Assembly (NCBI RefSeq): GCF_000002075.1
Contig: NW_004797483.1
Span: forward strand, 627,144-691,143
Direction of reading: 5' to 3'
Source: Aplysia californica
Lineage: Eukaryota
Length of the DNA stretch: 64,000 bases
This document shows, piece after piece, positions 12,801 to 23,415 of this stretch; the stretch's first letter is position 1, and the number at the start of each line of letters is the position of its first letter. The position numbers and the translations under genes were made by a program. The notes beneath the pieces were generated by a model. That model was not told the origin of the DNA. It was given only the letters and a program-made list of their open reading frames with translations, and did not search any database.

Positions 12801-15372
12801 GGCATTTCACTTCGATTTTTAAAAATAATGTTTATGAACCTTTCTGCTCCCAGTTTGCAGGTACCTGTTATCAGACGGGATCATGATAAAATACCCTGAT
12901 GCTGACAGTTGTCTGGAGGAGACATTTCCTGCTGTTGACTTGGTAGACACAGAAGTGCCAGAGGAGCTGCTGCTGTAGGGGACAGCACCAGTCGGAGAGT
13001 TCACATCCAACAGCTGCAGCAAAAGCACACTGTCCTGAGACGAGAACACAAAATACAACAATTGTCAAAAAAAAAACACTAAATGTGTCTTCAAAGCAAA
13101 ATGAACTAGACAGAAAACATAACATGGCAGTGTCCGTTCGTAGCAGCACTTAGACATTTTGGGGAAGTCAGTCTCATTGTAACCGTTCCTGTTGAGTGGA
13201 AGTTCACATCAATTCAGCATACTTTTGACCACTCTTAGCATGCTACTGTACTGTATTGTATCGTTCTACACTTCTTTCTACAACATACGATTATCCAATT
13301 TTATCAGGACTTGTGAATTCAACACTGAAAAATATAAGTTGTGGAGCATAAGAGAGCCGTTATAAATCACCTGCAGTAGAGCCAGTGCCTCATTCTACGT
13401 CTACACATGCTTGGATTTATTAGAGTACACGCAATCAACTTCTTTCTATGTTGCTGGTTCTTTTGCAAAAGGGGATGCAAAATTCACAGTAATTAATTCG
13501 CTTGTCCTTCAAAGAAAGGGTGTAGAAGGAGAGTGGTAGCAGCAACATTTTTTTAACAACAAAGGCAATAGTAACGCTGAAATAAAGTAGAGAGAGCAGA
13601 CAACATCAAAACAAACACAGGCAATCTTCTCTCAATGATACTACTACAACAGTCACATTGAAAAAAAATGTTGACATCCTCTTGAGCTAATAGACTGTCA
13701 CCTGTTCAAAATTGCAAAAATAGAATGTTCAAGAAGTCATACATTTGCCACAAGCTCCGCACACAATGCATTGAAGTTGTTCTGGTTCGTCTCCAGCTCC
13801 TCCCAGTCAATAGTCCAGCAGGCTGTGGGTACGGCCACCAGGGGCAGGCCAAACAGCACAGACTCACACAGAGCTGAACGCGGGATGCTGCACACTGTCT
13901 GGGGGATACAGAGCCAATTATTAAATCGCTACCTCAGAATTACAAAGTAATATCTGCTCATGGCCTTGTTTTAAGAAATTTGACGTCAAAGATTTTGAGT
14001 TCATCATGTCAAGCTTTTGCGAATACAATTCTTTGAATATCTTGATAACAACTTCGAATAATCTAACGGTTTTGATAGAAGAGACGGAACATTTTGTTTT
14101 GACCTCATGGTCTTAGTAACTCAAGACGGCAAAAAATGTCAGTGAGAATTTTGTAATTCTGAGGTAGCAAAATAACGTCTACAAAACACACTCTCACGCA
14201 GAGCCAAACATGGCAAGCTACACACTTTCAGGAAGAAAAGTAAATCCTTATTCTATTAGCTATCTCTACAAAACATAGACCCGCACACGGCTGAATGTGG
14301 CAAGTTAAACATTGTGTGGAAGAAAAAGCTAACTACCTGCACAGAATAGATTTACACAAAGCTGAGCTAGTTATTATAAAAACCAAATTTTCACAAACTA
14401 ACACAGAATTGAACAACGCAGGCTACATATATATTGCACTGGTGGAAAGAAATTATTCTTGGCATCTATCAATAAATTGACTAGAACATCTTAATGCATG
14501 GCAATGTTAATACTAATATTAGAACCTATAAAAATATTTTCTTCCGAAAGGACAACTTTGTAGAGAAAAATGAGGGTTGCATTTATACCTTACAGAACTA
14601 CGGAAACTAATGCGTAAATTCTTGAACATTGCTTGCAATTTTGAACGGTTGACATATTTCGGCCCAAAAGGGTAAGTCACATTAATTATCACTTTTCTTG
14701 TGGTTAGTATGTATTTGTGCCTTTTGCAGTCTCAGATAAGATGCTGAGTTGCCTGTATACTTCATATCCAAGTGTACTAGATCTAGTAAACATAAGGCTC
14801 ATGGATGGTAATTTGGGGTGGGGGGGTGGGTGCTTGCAATATACTAGAAAACAAAAAAATGCATCCGGTAAGGACCGTGGTGGAAGATTAATGCTCTAAT
14901 AGATCCAAAACAGCAAAAATTTTATATTACAGAGTATGTCAGTCGTTCTGCCGTAGTGTAGTATCTCATTAGCCAATACAAAGAATAAGAACAATCCATA
15001 ATGTGAGAATTACGTTGGAAATATTATGATAACATCAAGGCTATAACATATGATCACGCTCTCATTACACTAACCTTGAGCTTATGAATGGACACTGTCA
15101 TACCTACAGCTTTGCTGGGAGTAGGATAGACATATTTGCAAATACTGGCATCAACATCCAGGCTCTGAGGAGAAAAGTAAAATAAAAAGTTGATAAGACA
15201 GGGAAAGATGTGCTTTACTAATGAATATGTGAGAAATTTAGCCTCAACACACAGTTTATGTAATTTGAGCAAGACCATTTCATTACAGAAGAACAACGTC
15301 TCTGGTATTAATCACAGTTCAGTGACACCATTTCTGGAAATCCTCTCCCTCTCCCTCCCTCTCTCTCTCTCT

Positions 15373-15424
<52 letters not shown>

Positions 15425-16672
15425 GAAGGTCAGTGGGTTATGGCTCAGCAATGCTGCAGATAATGTCATAATATGACTCCTCGGAGAATGACAAGAGCTA
15501 CTCAAGATGTCGTGCGGTATCTTTTGCTATAGCTGAAATGTTGATAAGATGTCAGTGTACACTGCAAACACACAAAAGTGTTGGCCTCGAGAGGTCCTCC
15601 GTTGCGTTTATAGTTACCCGTAACCGGCTTCATCCCTAAGGATTATGTCATTTCAGGAAATGACAGTGCACCCGAGTCTGTAGTGTAGTACTTAACTAGA
15701 TTCTTTGGCACTTCGCGGTCACAAGCAGTAGACCTGAGTCTCACTCGTGTTGGGAGAGTTTTATCGAGTATCTCAGTCTCTCAGTCTTTCTGCTGGGGTG
15801 TTGTATCCTTTCTCAGCCTGGGTTGGCACTGAGTTTATTGATTTGGGGGGGTAGAGCATTCATTGTAAAAAATGACAGTGCAGATTTGTACAAGGTATTT
15901 GTCAGCTGTGAAATCAGCTTACACTAGATTAGAGAATATGGGGTCTCTAGAGTTGACTAGATCAATTTTGTAGTCTTGCTTTTACTTCAGTCTGTCATTA
16001 TGTGCGGAGATTTGCTGAAATGATAATTACATATATACACCTCACGAAAAATTCTGCATATGGGTAGTTCTATTCTTCAAACTACAAAACCCAGTAAAGT
16101 ATAAGACACCGAGACCAGAATGATTGACGAAAGGTGATAAAATTACTGAAGCAAAAAGGGGCATGGCTTTGGCGTTTGTGGTGTAGGGGACGCAACTCTT
16201 CATCCTTAAGAGTGTGTTGGTGAGATGTCAACTTGTTGCCCCTTTAATCTCCAGTCAGTAAGTACTCCAAACACTTGGGGTGGAATAGGGCATATAATAG
16301 TCTTAGTTAAGGAGCCTCTCGCTTATTTATGTTTGTTTCAAAGACAATAGGAAACGTGGGAAAGTACTACACTCATAAAGTGTGTAGCAGCTATAATATG
16401 GATTCAAAAGAGACAAAAAAATGAAGAAGTTATTTCGAGAAGAAAAAAAAAGATTATGTTATTCTGTTCCTCTGTTCCTCTGTCTTTCTGTACACACACT
16501 GTTTTGCGCAGACATAGCTTTTTACAATCTATTTTGTGTCTCTAAGATTGTGGGGCATTCGAGTAATGTTGATTCATTAGGTTTAATTTACTGAGTTTTA
16601 TGCTTATTTCATCTTAACAAACTATAGTGTGTTTGTGCATCCTTATTCTTCCCTTTAGTTTTCTCTAGAAAG

Positions 16673-16746
<74 letters not shown>

Positions 16747-19700
16747 CGCTTTACACTATGTTATTACCCCAGCAGACCCTATAACACTCAGAAACATTCT
16801 CAGCTTCCAGGGAAGCATACAGTGCAAGCAGCCGATTAAGCGACACTAACAAACTGACAATATCTTTCGCTATCTGTAACTGGGTACCCATTCTCATCTG
16901 GGTGAAGTGAGGAAAATTCGTGTAAAGTGCCTTTCCCAAGGACACAACGTCGGGCCCCTGACGGGATTCGAACTCACAACCTTACAGTTGCGAGTCCCAG
17001 AGTCTAACCACTAGTACGGCACCGATGCTACAGAGGCCTTTCTTATTCCCATGAAGAAGAAGATGAGGAAAAAAATAAATAATAACTTACATATCTGTTG
17101 TGACAAGGCAAACGTTGAGGGTTGAGCATTTTCTCCAGTACATCACACTTGATGAGAAGCTCTGTATCAGCTTGAAAAAAGTCATTAAAGCAACAATATT
17201 TCAGCTGTGTCTTTTCATTGATGGAGATGTTACATAGATTCTTTTATAACTCATATCAGTAGGGGGGGGCATCCCTTCCTTATTATATTATGAATAGTTG
17301 AATACATTTTTAAAAATACAGAGTGCAGTGTTCATGACACAAAACAATCGGTCAATCAACCTGACAACACTGTGAAACTCACAACCAACAAAGTGGCCAA
17401 GTCCCACCTTCAATTTCAGTGAAACCAATCAGGCTTGGGACGACCATCCCCGACCCAGTGAGTCCCATGTGGCAGACAATGAATAGTTACTGTAAAGGAG
17501 ATTAGCTGTTAATTTGAATAAGCAACCCCGACTACCTAGCGATTCTCTTACCAGGAAGAGGAGTGCCCCCGCCTAGCGCCTTATCGAGTTGGAGTCAAGG
17601 AGACCAACTATCTGACACCAAAGATACTACACCCTACAGTAGGCTGTACTATCTTTGCTGACACTGCTCTGGCTGTGCTGACTTCAAATTTGGCTGTTTT
17701 CAACCTTAACTTTTAGGTGTATCAATAGAATAGATGGAAGGACTTGCAAAAGGGCGTAACTTCTTAGATGATTGAAAGTTGTATTTTTGCACCATGATCC
17801 ATCTTGCAGACAATGTGTTGAGAATTATTAGTTTTTAAAAACGACTTTATATTTAATACAGTCATGAATATCAACATATTATAATTGTACAGGCTTGGGA
17901 CTGCGACTGTAATTTGGTAGTATTAAAGATGTTTTGGTTGTTGAAGCTTGTCTGGGAAGGGTGGGAGAGGGGTTGTCCTCCCTGAGCTCTTGAAAGTCAT
18001 GCATCAGAGTGTGGGAATGATAGTAGAAAATTGGCCTTCCCAGACCTTTACTTTCAGGCAAATGTATTATCATGACAGACTATCCGTTAGACCTTGGTCA
18101 TTCAGGCGAGGTTTATGGTAGACCGCATTATCACAGCAACCGTCAAGTGGGCGGCACCGATTTTCTTTTCTTTGATACAATACTGATGGTGTCCCTGGAC
18201 TACGGCAAACTTTAACACTGATGTGGGCCCACAGTAGACTATACAATGGACTCTGCACAGAGTGCACATGGCGCAAAAGCATAATAAGGATGTACCTGGC
18301 GTCGGTGGCGGAAGCAACACATGTAGATGTTCACTTTCACTGAGAGTGTCAGTCAGCCAGCTGTAAAAAAACCTATGTAGAGACACTTGATCTGTTGATA
18401 GAAAAGAGAAAAAAATACCAAAGTCAGGTTGAATCACTTAAATTCTATTTTATTTCTAACGCTACCGTCAGTTTGGTAACATGTGTACTATTTTCAGGCT
18501 TTGAAAATAATAAAATGCTCCTCTAACTTAGGGTTTTAGAGCAGAATGCTGTTGGAATTTACTCAATTCTTGTGACTTTCAATATTATTATTAGTGTCTT
18601 ACCACATTCTAAGCACAACATATCCACCAAGCCACTGTAGTCTTCTGTAGCGCCATCTACAGCCATTGTTTCCTGGCTGGCTGTGTCAATGCTCTCCGAC
18701 ATACTGCTGTTGACTTTAACGCTGAGAATACGCTGAGAAGGCAACAAAACACGTGTAAACTAAAAACACATTGGCACTCACAAAAATATATTATTCATGC
18801 AACCAACTAGCTTCATAACAATACACAAGCCAAGAAAGTCGAAAAGGAAAGCTGTGCATTTTACACATGATTGATTGCAATCAAAGTGAGATAAGGGTCA
18901 TTTGTATAAATTCAAGAGGAGGGGGGGAAATTATAATGCGCTCAAGAAGGTCCTATTTGCATCTACTAATGAAAAAATCTGTCTCAGGCACAAGTATTGC
19001 ATAGCAATCTCAAAACAAGTATGAAATTGTACATGGGAGACTTTGTCTTCAGGTCAGTCCTGTTTCATAATGTGTATACTGGCGGCAGCAGAGAACTTGA
19101 AAGACTGCATGCAAAAAAATGACATTGAAAATTGAAATCTACATTAAGTTAGAAATATATTCAGGCGAATGGGTAAAGAAAAAATATGTTTATTTTTCTG
19201 AAAGCCGAAAAAATTAATGAGTCCCATTTTAAAGTAAAAACTCTTCATATTTTGTTTATATACAAACCTTGAGTAATGTCAGGTCAACCTGACTTGGCAA
19301 GTCCTTGAGATTCTGCTGTACATAACCTCCTGGGTGGGCTGTGAGGACAATCACCTCAAGTTGGTTAAAATTCAAAGATGCCTGAAAATATTTTAAAAAG
19401 TGAGAAGTGTATTTGTTCATAATCAAATCATTTTGCTTTCTACTTCAAATGCATGTAATGTGTTAGCCCTGATTTGATAAATAAATAAATGCATCTTTCG
19501 TCTCTAATTTCCTCAAGTATGCACTTTCTCTGAGTAAAAAAGTTCAGTTTTAGACGACTGTCAGGGGCACTATGGATGATAGGGCAACCACTTTTCTCCA
19601 CCCTTGTCTATTGTCTGCCTTTCAAAGGCTTCGCCCAACCTTAAACCTGTCCATTCCGTTATGTTTCTTCCCATCTATTTTTCTGCCTGCCTTTCTTTTT

Positions 19701-21869
19701 TCCTCCTTGTATGTACAGTGCCCTGTAGGATCACCATTGAAGTCCTGCTGATCTTGTTATGTGCCCAACGATCTCGATTTGCGTTGTTGTTGTTTTTTCA
19801 GTGGTGAGAAGGTCTTCATAGGGCCCAATGGCAAGCCTGATTTTGTCCCTCACTTACTCATTTGAAACATGATTTCTGTAGGAGATGCCCAACAGTCTTC
19901 GAAATCATCTTATTCATAGAAAATGATGTAAGCTTGTATTAATGAAAAAGGCAAATAATATGGAAACTCAAAATAAACTGCTACATTTTGTTGTTGCTAT
20001 TGTTATAAGATAAATAATTAAACACCCTTTTCACTGGAAGTTTCCTTCAAACAAAAGGGCCCACAGTTTATTTGTTTGTTTGTTTGTTTGTTTGTTTTAT
20101 CCGCCGCTTATACCCTTTTGGGTGTCGCGGGAAGAAAGAGACGTCTCTCTGTCGCCAGCCGGAGAGTTTGGTTCAGGGGGATGCCGTGGGTGGTTAATGT
20201 TTCCCTGACTCCATCTGTCCAGGTCTTTCTCGGTCGCCCTCTAGCCTTGTTGCCATCGAATTTTTGGAGGTAGGCACGTTGTGCTGGATGGTGTGTTGGC
20301 AATCGTAGGAGATGTCCGGACCCACAGTACACATCATAATCATAGTCATACAAAATGAAAATGTGTAATCTCTTGCAGCTAGTGTGACACCGCAAGAGTA
20401 TGATAGTCTTATGTAATCCAACAATGGGAAAGAGCAAGAGGTCAATTAAAACGACAGAAAAACAAGAAGGAGATCCCTCCTTGTAAACCAGTCTCTCACA
20501 TTCATGCACATCGGAAATAGATTATAACTTTAAACTTTAATCACTGCGCTGGGTTTACATCTTTGCCATTAGGGCACAGACAAGAACGAGTATGAAAGAC
20601 GCATTTTTTTTTTAAAGACTACAAAAGAAAATGTATTTTATCAATCCTCATAAGGATATTGGAACTCATTTTCATTTTGGCATAATATTTCAAATGACAG
20701 CTTGTGATTTCAGATAAATAAGATGAAGCACCCAGTTTTTTTCATTTAGTTAGGGCGAGCCTGTGTTTCTAAAGAACATCCCCTCATAACTACCCATCTA
20801 AAAGTCATTCTACTGAAAGCACTAAAAATTTCTTTTTTGGACCCCAGAAAATAACAGGGGGGGGGAGAAGTCCACAATGAAAGAATGAAAGCTATTTCTT
20901 CTTTAGATGTAGATAACAAATCTCTGTTGTTCTGCAACAAAGGCCTGACTACCTGTTGGACATTCCCGATGTACCGCTGGAACTGTCTGCAGGCTTCCAG
21001 CAGCCCCTGAGCTAAGCATTGGCCCATTTCCGTGGGACTACGATCTGGCAGAGACTCATCTAACAAAGTCCTGATGTCCTGCAGCGCTGTGTACAGACGG
21101 ACACAGTTGTTCCTCACGTGAGTCAGAGGTAAGATCATCTGTTGATCAGGGAAAATAACTAGATATTTTTGATGTTATGTCAAATAAATATAAGTAACCT
21201 AACCTGGCTTGTAGACCTGTGGATAAAGATGAATGATGAACGCAATTTTGCTTGAAGTAAAGAAATGGTAACAATTTTGCATTGCCAGCTGAAATGCAAC
21301 GCTGAAACAGGCGAATCCATCCACTGAGCTCTAACAAAAGAAAAGAAAAAGAAAGAAAACCCAAGTTTAATCACCCTGACAATTGACTGGGGGCTTTTTG
21401 TTTACAATACCTCCACACATAAAATGCAAGTTTTGATACACGAAAAGCACTGATACCACTATGCAAATTACCTCTGTCTGTCAGAGGGTGGAAAATGTTC
21501 AAATTGCTCAAGCGTATGTCTTCTACTCTACTGAAAAGCCTGCTATATAATCTCGTGTGAATCATAGGTAGGCCTAGCTCAACAAGCAAATGCTCATTTT
21601 CAAACAGATGGGCCAGAAGCTCACGTTTAACCACAAGGTTATCAGTCATAACAAGTCATATTGAACCACGCAATGAAACAGACCAATAGAAATCTAACAA
21701 GTCCTACTCACATCAGGGAACGTGGTCAGAACGTACATTCCAAAGAGAGGGATTCGTGATAAACCTGCCAGGCTTGATCCAACACATAAGACATTCTCAA
21801 GAGCATCACATATAGACCGACCAGCAAGAATTTCAAAAGGGGGGTTGATATCAAACAGGACAATACGAG
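9612..21869 (-). CDS. M1AP: M1AP-like meiosis 1 arrest protein gene: 12 coding exons, ~547 codons; first coding exon unresolved
   Basis: Exons 21869-21712, 21138-20953, 19381-19268, 18732-18603, 18391-18296, 17161-17091, 15164-15075, 13898-13743, 13034-12865, 12203-12086, 11403-11263 and 9824-9612 all have GT-AG boundaries and splice in frame. Motifs match recalled human M1AP colinearly: LCESVLFGLPLVAVPTACWTIDWEELETNQNNFNALC vs LCESLTYGLPFILRPTSCWQLDWDELETNQQHFHALC; FFYSWL vs FFKAWL; IKCDVLEKML vs LKCDLQERLL; TLLLKSVVSAELLLPS vs TLLVKAVATRELMLPS. Confidence 0.93.
10119..10561. mobile_element. MITE with ~40-bp TIRs, superfamily unassigned
   Basis: atatgtgaggcagcgtggtggaatcaggctctcgtcaa ... 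ttgacgagagcctgattccaccacgatgcttcacatat. Confidence 0.8.
10825..11105 (+). mobile_element. Degenerate SINE with the same core as 16674-17025
   Basis: gttgtgtccctgggaaagacactt...cacccagatggcaattggtacc; its 3' tail matches the minus-strand tail at ~9868-9945. Confidence 0.7.
11263..11403 (-). CDS. M1AP: M1AP exon (LDSCDHFNPLKFSTGLF...KRLNK)
   Basis: 141 nt; FNPLKFSTGLFSAL resembles YNPLHVQSHLYSHL; the donor (gtcatc) is weak. Confidence 0.8.
12086..12203 (-). CDS. M1AP: M1AP exon (TLLLKSVVSAELLLPS...ASLSQ)
   Basis: 118 nt, phase 2-0. Confidence 0.88.
12865..13034 (-). CDS. M1AP: M1AP exon (DSVLLLQ...SGYFIMIPSDN)
   Basis: 170 nt, phase 0-2; YFIMIPS resembles FYVIMPS. Confidence 0.85.
13743..13898 (-). 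CDS. M1AP: M1AP exon (TVCSIPRSALCESVLFGLP...WEELETNQNNFNALCAELVAN)
   Basis: 156 nt; contains the most conserved M1AP block. Confidence 0.93.
13928..14168. mobile_element. MITE with 19-bp perfect TIRs; partial second copy at ~58940-59140
   Basis: gctacctcagaattacaaa ... tttgtaattctgaggtagc; the shared caattctttgaatatcttgataa...gacctcatggtctta recurs at 59.0 kb. Confidence 0.75.
15075..15164 (-). CDS. M1AP: M1AP exon (SLDVDASICKY...SIHKLK)
   Basis: 90 nt, phase 0-0, acceptor tctcctcag, donor gttagt. Confidence 0.8.
15342..15422 (+). repeat. (CT)n microsatellite
   Basis: Directly visible. Confidence 0.95.
16674..17025 (-). mobile_element. tRNA-derived SINE, full length, with (TTA)n tail
   Basis: A-box-like tagtggttag, B-box gagttcgaatccc, core gttgtgtccttgggaaaggcacttt...cacccagatgagaatgggtacc, 3' gtaaagcgc then (tta)n. 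Confidence 0.85.
17091..17161 (-). CDS. M1AP: M1AP exon (ELLIKCDVLEKMLNPQRLPCHNRY)
   Basis: 71 nt, donor gtaagt; an alternative in-frame acceptor 9 nt upstream (17170) is possible. Confidence 0.85.
18296..18391 (-). CDS. M1AP: M1AP exon (DQVSLHRFFYSWL...HVLLPPPTP)
   Basis: 96 nt, phase 1-1; resembles DIVSMEIFFKAWL...EQIHLLL. Confidence 0.88.
18603..18732 (-). CDS. M1AP: M1AP exon (RILSVKVNSS...VDMLCLEC)
   Basis: 130 nt, acceptor ttctcag, donor gtaag, frame continuous. Confidence 0.85.
19268..19381 (-). CDS. M1AP: M1AP exon (ASLNFNQLEVIVLTAHPGG...DLTLLK)
   Basis: 114 nt, phase 0-0; resembles AALTYTSLEITILTSQPG. Confidence 0.88.
19547..19910 (-). mobile_element. Degenerate RTE-clade LINE 3' end, second family
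   Basis: Frameshifted RLLGISYRNHVSNE...AIGPYEDLLT...GHITRS...ILQGTV...KKGRQK.RWEENI.EWTG. Confidence 0.75.
20072..20322 (-). mobile_element. RTE-clade LINE 3' fragment with (AAAC)n tail
   Basis: GHLLRLPTHHPAQRAY...RGRPRKTW; same family as 185-425. Confidence 0.75.
20953..21138 (-). CDS. M1AP: M1AP exon (MILPLTHVRNN...QFQRYIGNVQQ)
   Basis: 186 nt, phase 0-0, AG/GT flanks; resembles CILPFVQVKGNFARL...QFKQY. Confidence 0.9.
21712..21869 (-). CDS. M1AP: M1AP exon (RIVLFDINPPFEIL...LSRIPLFGMYVLTTFPD)
   Basis: Acceptor ttttcag, donor gtgagt, 158 nt; resembles human RLLIVHIALPSW...SRMSLFSLYMV. Confidence 0.88.
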
Positions 21870-22019
21870 CTGAAAATAAATAAATATAGGATAAAATCAA
21901 AGAGTAAGAGTGTAAGGCTAATCAGAATGGGGGAAAAAACGTATAAGATTTAGCTTTCCACTTGCCTGCAATTAAGTATCAAGATTCTTAATCATTGCGA
22001 TGATGCGTTTCAGAACCGT

Positions 22020-22160
22020 TTCTCTAGATGTCTAGAAATCTATATATTAGACTAGATATCTAGATCTAGACTCTAGATCTAGATGTAGATGTAGATCTAA
22101 TATTATTAGATCCAGATCTAAAGAGCTAGAGTGTTAATTGCCCCTAACACTACCTTATTA

Positions 22161-22199
<39 letters not shown>

Positions 22200-23415
22200 T
22201 ATTGTTATTGTGTAGGCCTAGTCCTACAGCAGATAGTAAAACGGATAAGACCTGTGCACATGTAGATCTAGTATTTCCAAAATATTAAATGACTAGTTCA
22301 ACGTGTCGCCCTCAACGGGCTTCATCCATCAGGAACATTCAAAATATAGCCAAAATGACTCAATCTAGAATACATGTATATCTAAAATCTCTTCATCTTG
22401 ATCTGCACCAGGCAAGCTGAAAAAAACAAAAACAAAGTGCGTAGGCCTACATTCATGTCACAACAACGCAAAACGGTGCGGTGAACGCATAGGCCTATCG
22501 GAAAGAGAAAGGGGAACACTAANNNNNNNNNNNNNNNNNNNNNNNNNNNNNNNNNNNNNNNNNNNNNNNNNNNNNNNNNNNNNNNNNNNNNNNNNNNNNN
22601 NNNNNNNNNNNNNNNNNNNNNNNNNNNNNNNNNNNNNNNNNNNNNNNNNNNNNNNNNNNNNNNNNNNNNNNNNNNNNNNNNNNNNNNNNNNNNNNNNAAC
22701 AAGTGCGTGGCCATGGAGGTATAGCCTAAAGAATAGATCTAGAAATCTAGATCTACATCTAGAATCTAGATCCAGTTCTAGATTCTAGATCTATATCTAT
22801 ATCTACATCTAGATCTAGTTCTAGATGTATCTACATCTAAATACAGATACGGAAAGGCAGAGCCATATGATGGAAGGGGTTACTGGCAGGAATACAAGGT
22901 GTGATGGCGATTTTGTAGTTTCGTTCGTTAAAGTCAAGCAGGGGGGTTTCAGGGGGGTTTCAGGGGGGCTTGCCCCCCTGACCTAAAAAACATGTGGAGG
23001 TGGGGGGCTTCAGGGGGCATGCCCCCCTGAATAAAATGTTATCCTAATTTGATGTTTTGCAGTTAGGTTGCATCCCTGCTCTTTGTGTAGCCTAATTCAA
23101 ATAGTATTTGGTCTTCAAGACTTCTGGATTTCTTCTCTGGATGTAAACAAATGGATCGTGGACTTTAACGAACGGAACTACAAGATCACCGGGGTGATTA
23201 GTAGGCTTAGGATCTACTATCATTATCATTATTATATGAATCCAAAAAACGCACTACCTGGGTGTTGGCCTATCGCCGGTCGATTCATTATCACTTGACT
23301 GGAATTTATATAGATTTCTAGATCTAGATCTAGATCCAGGTCTGGATGATAGGCCTTACGTATTTGATTTTAGATCAACATCTAGATATATCTAGGCCTA
23401 CATCTAGAATCTAGG
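22020..23415. repeat. Clusters of TCTAGA/AGATCT palindromic low-complexity repeats (22020-22130, 22735-22835, 23310-23415)
   Basis: e.g. tagatatctagatctagactctagatctagatgtagat. Confidence 0.8.
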
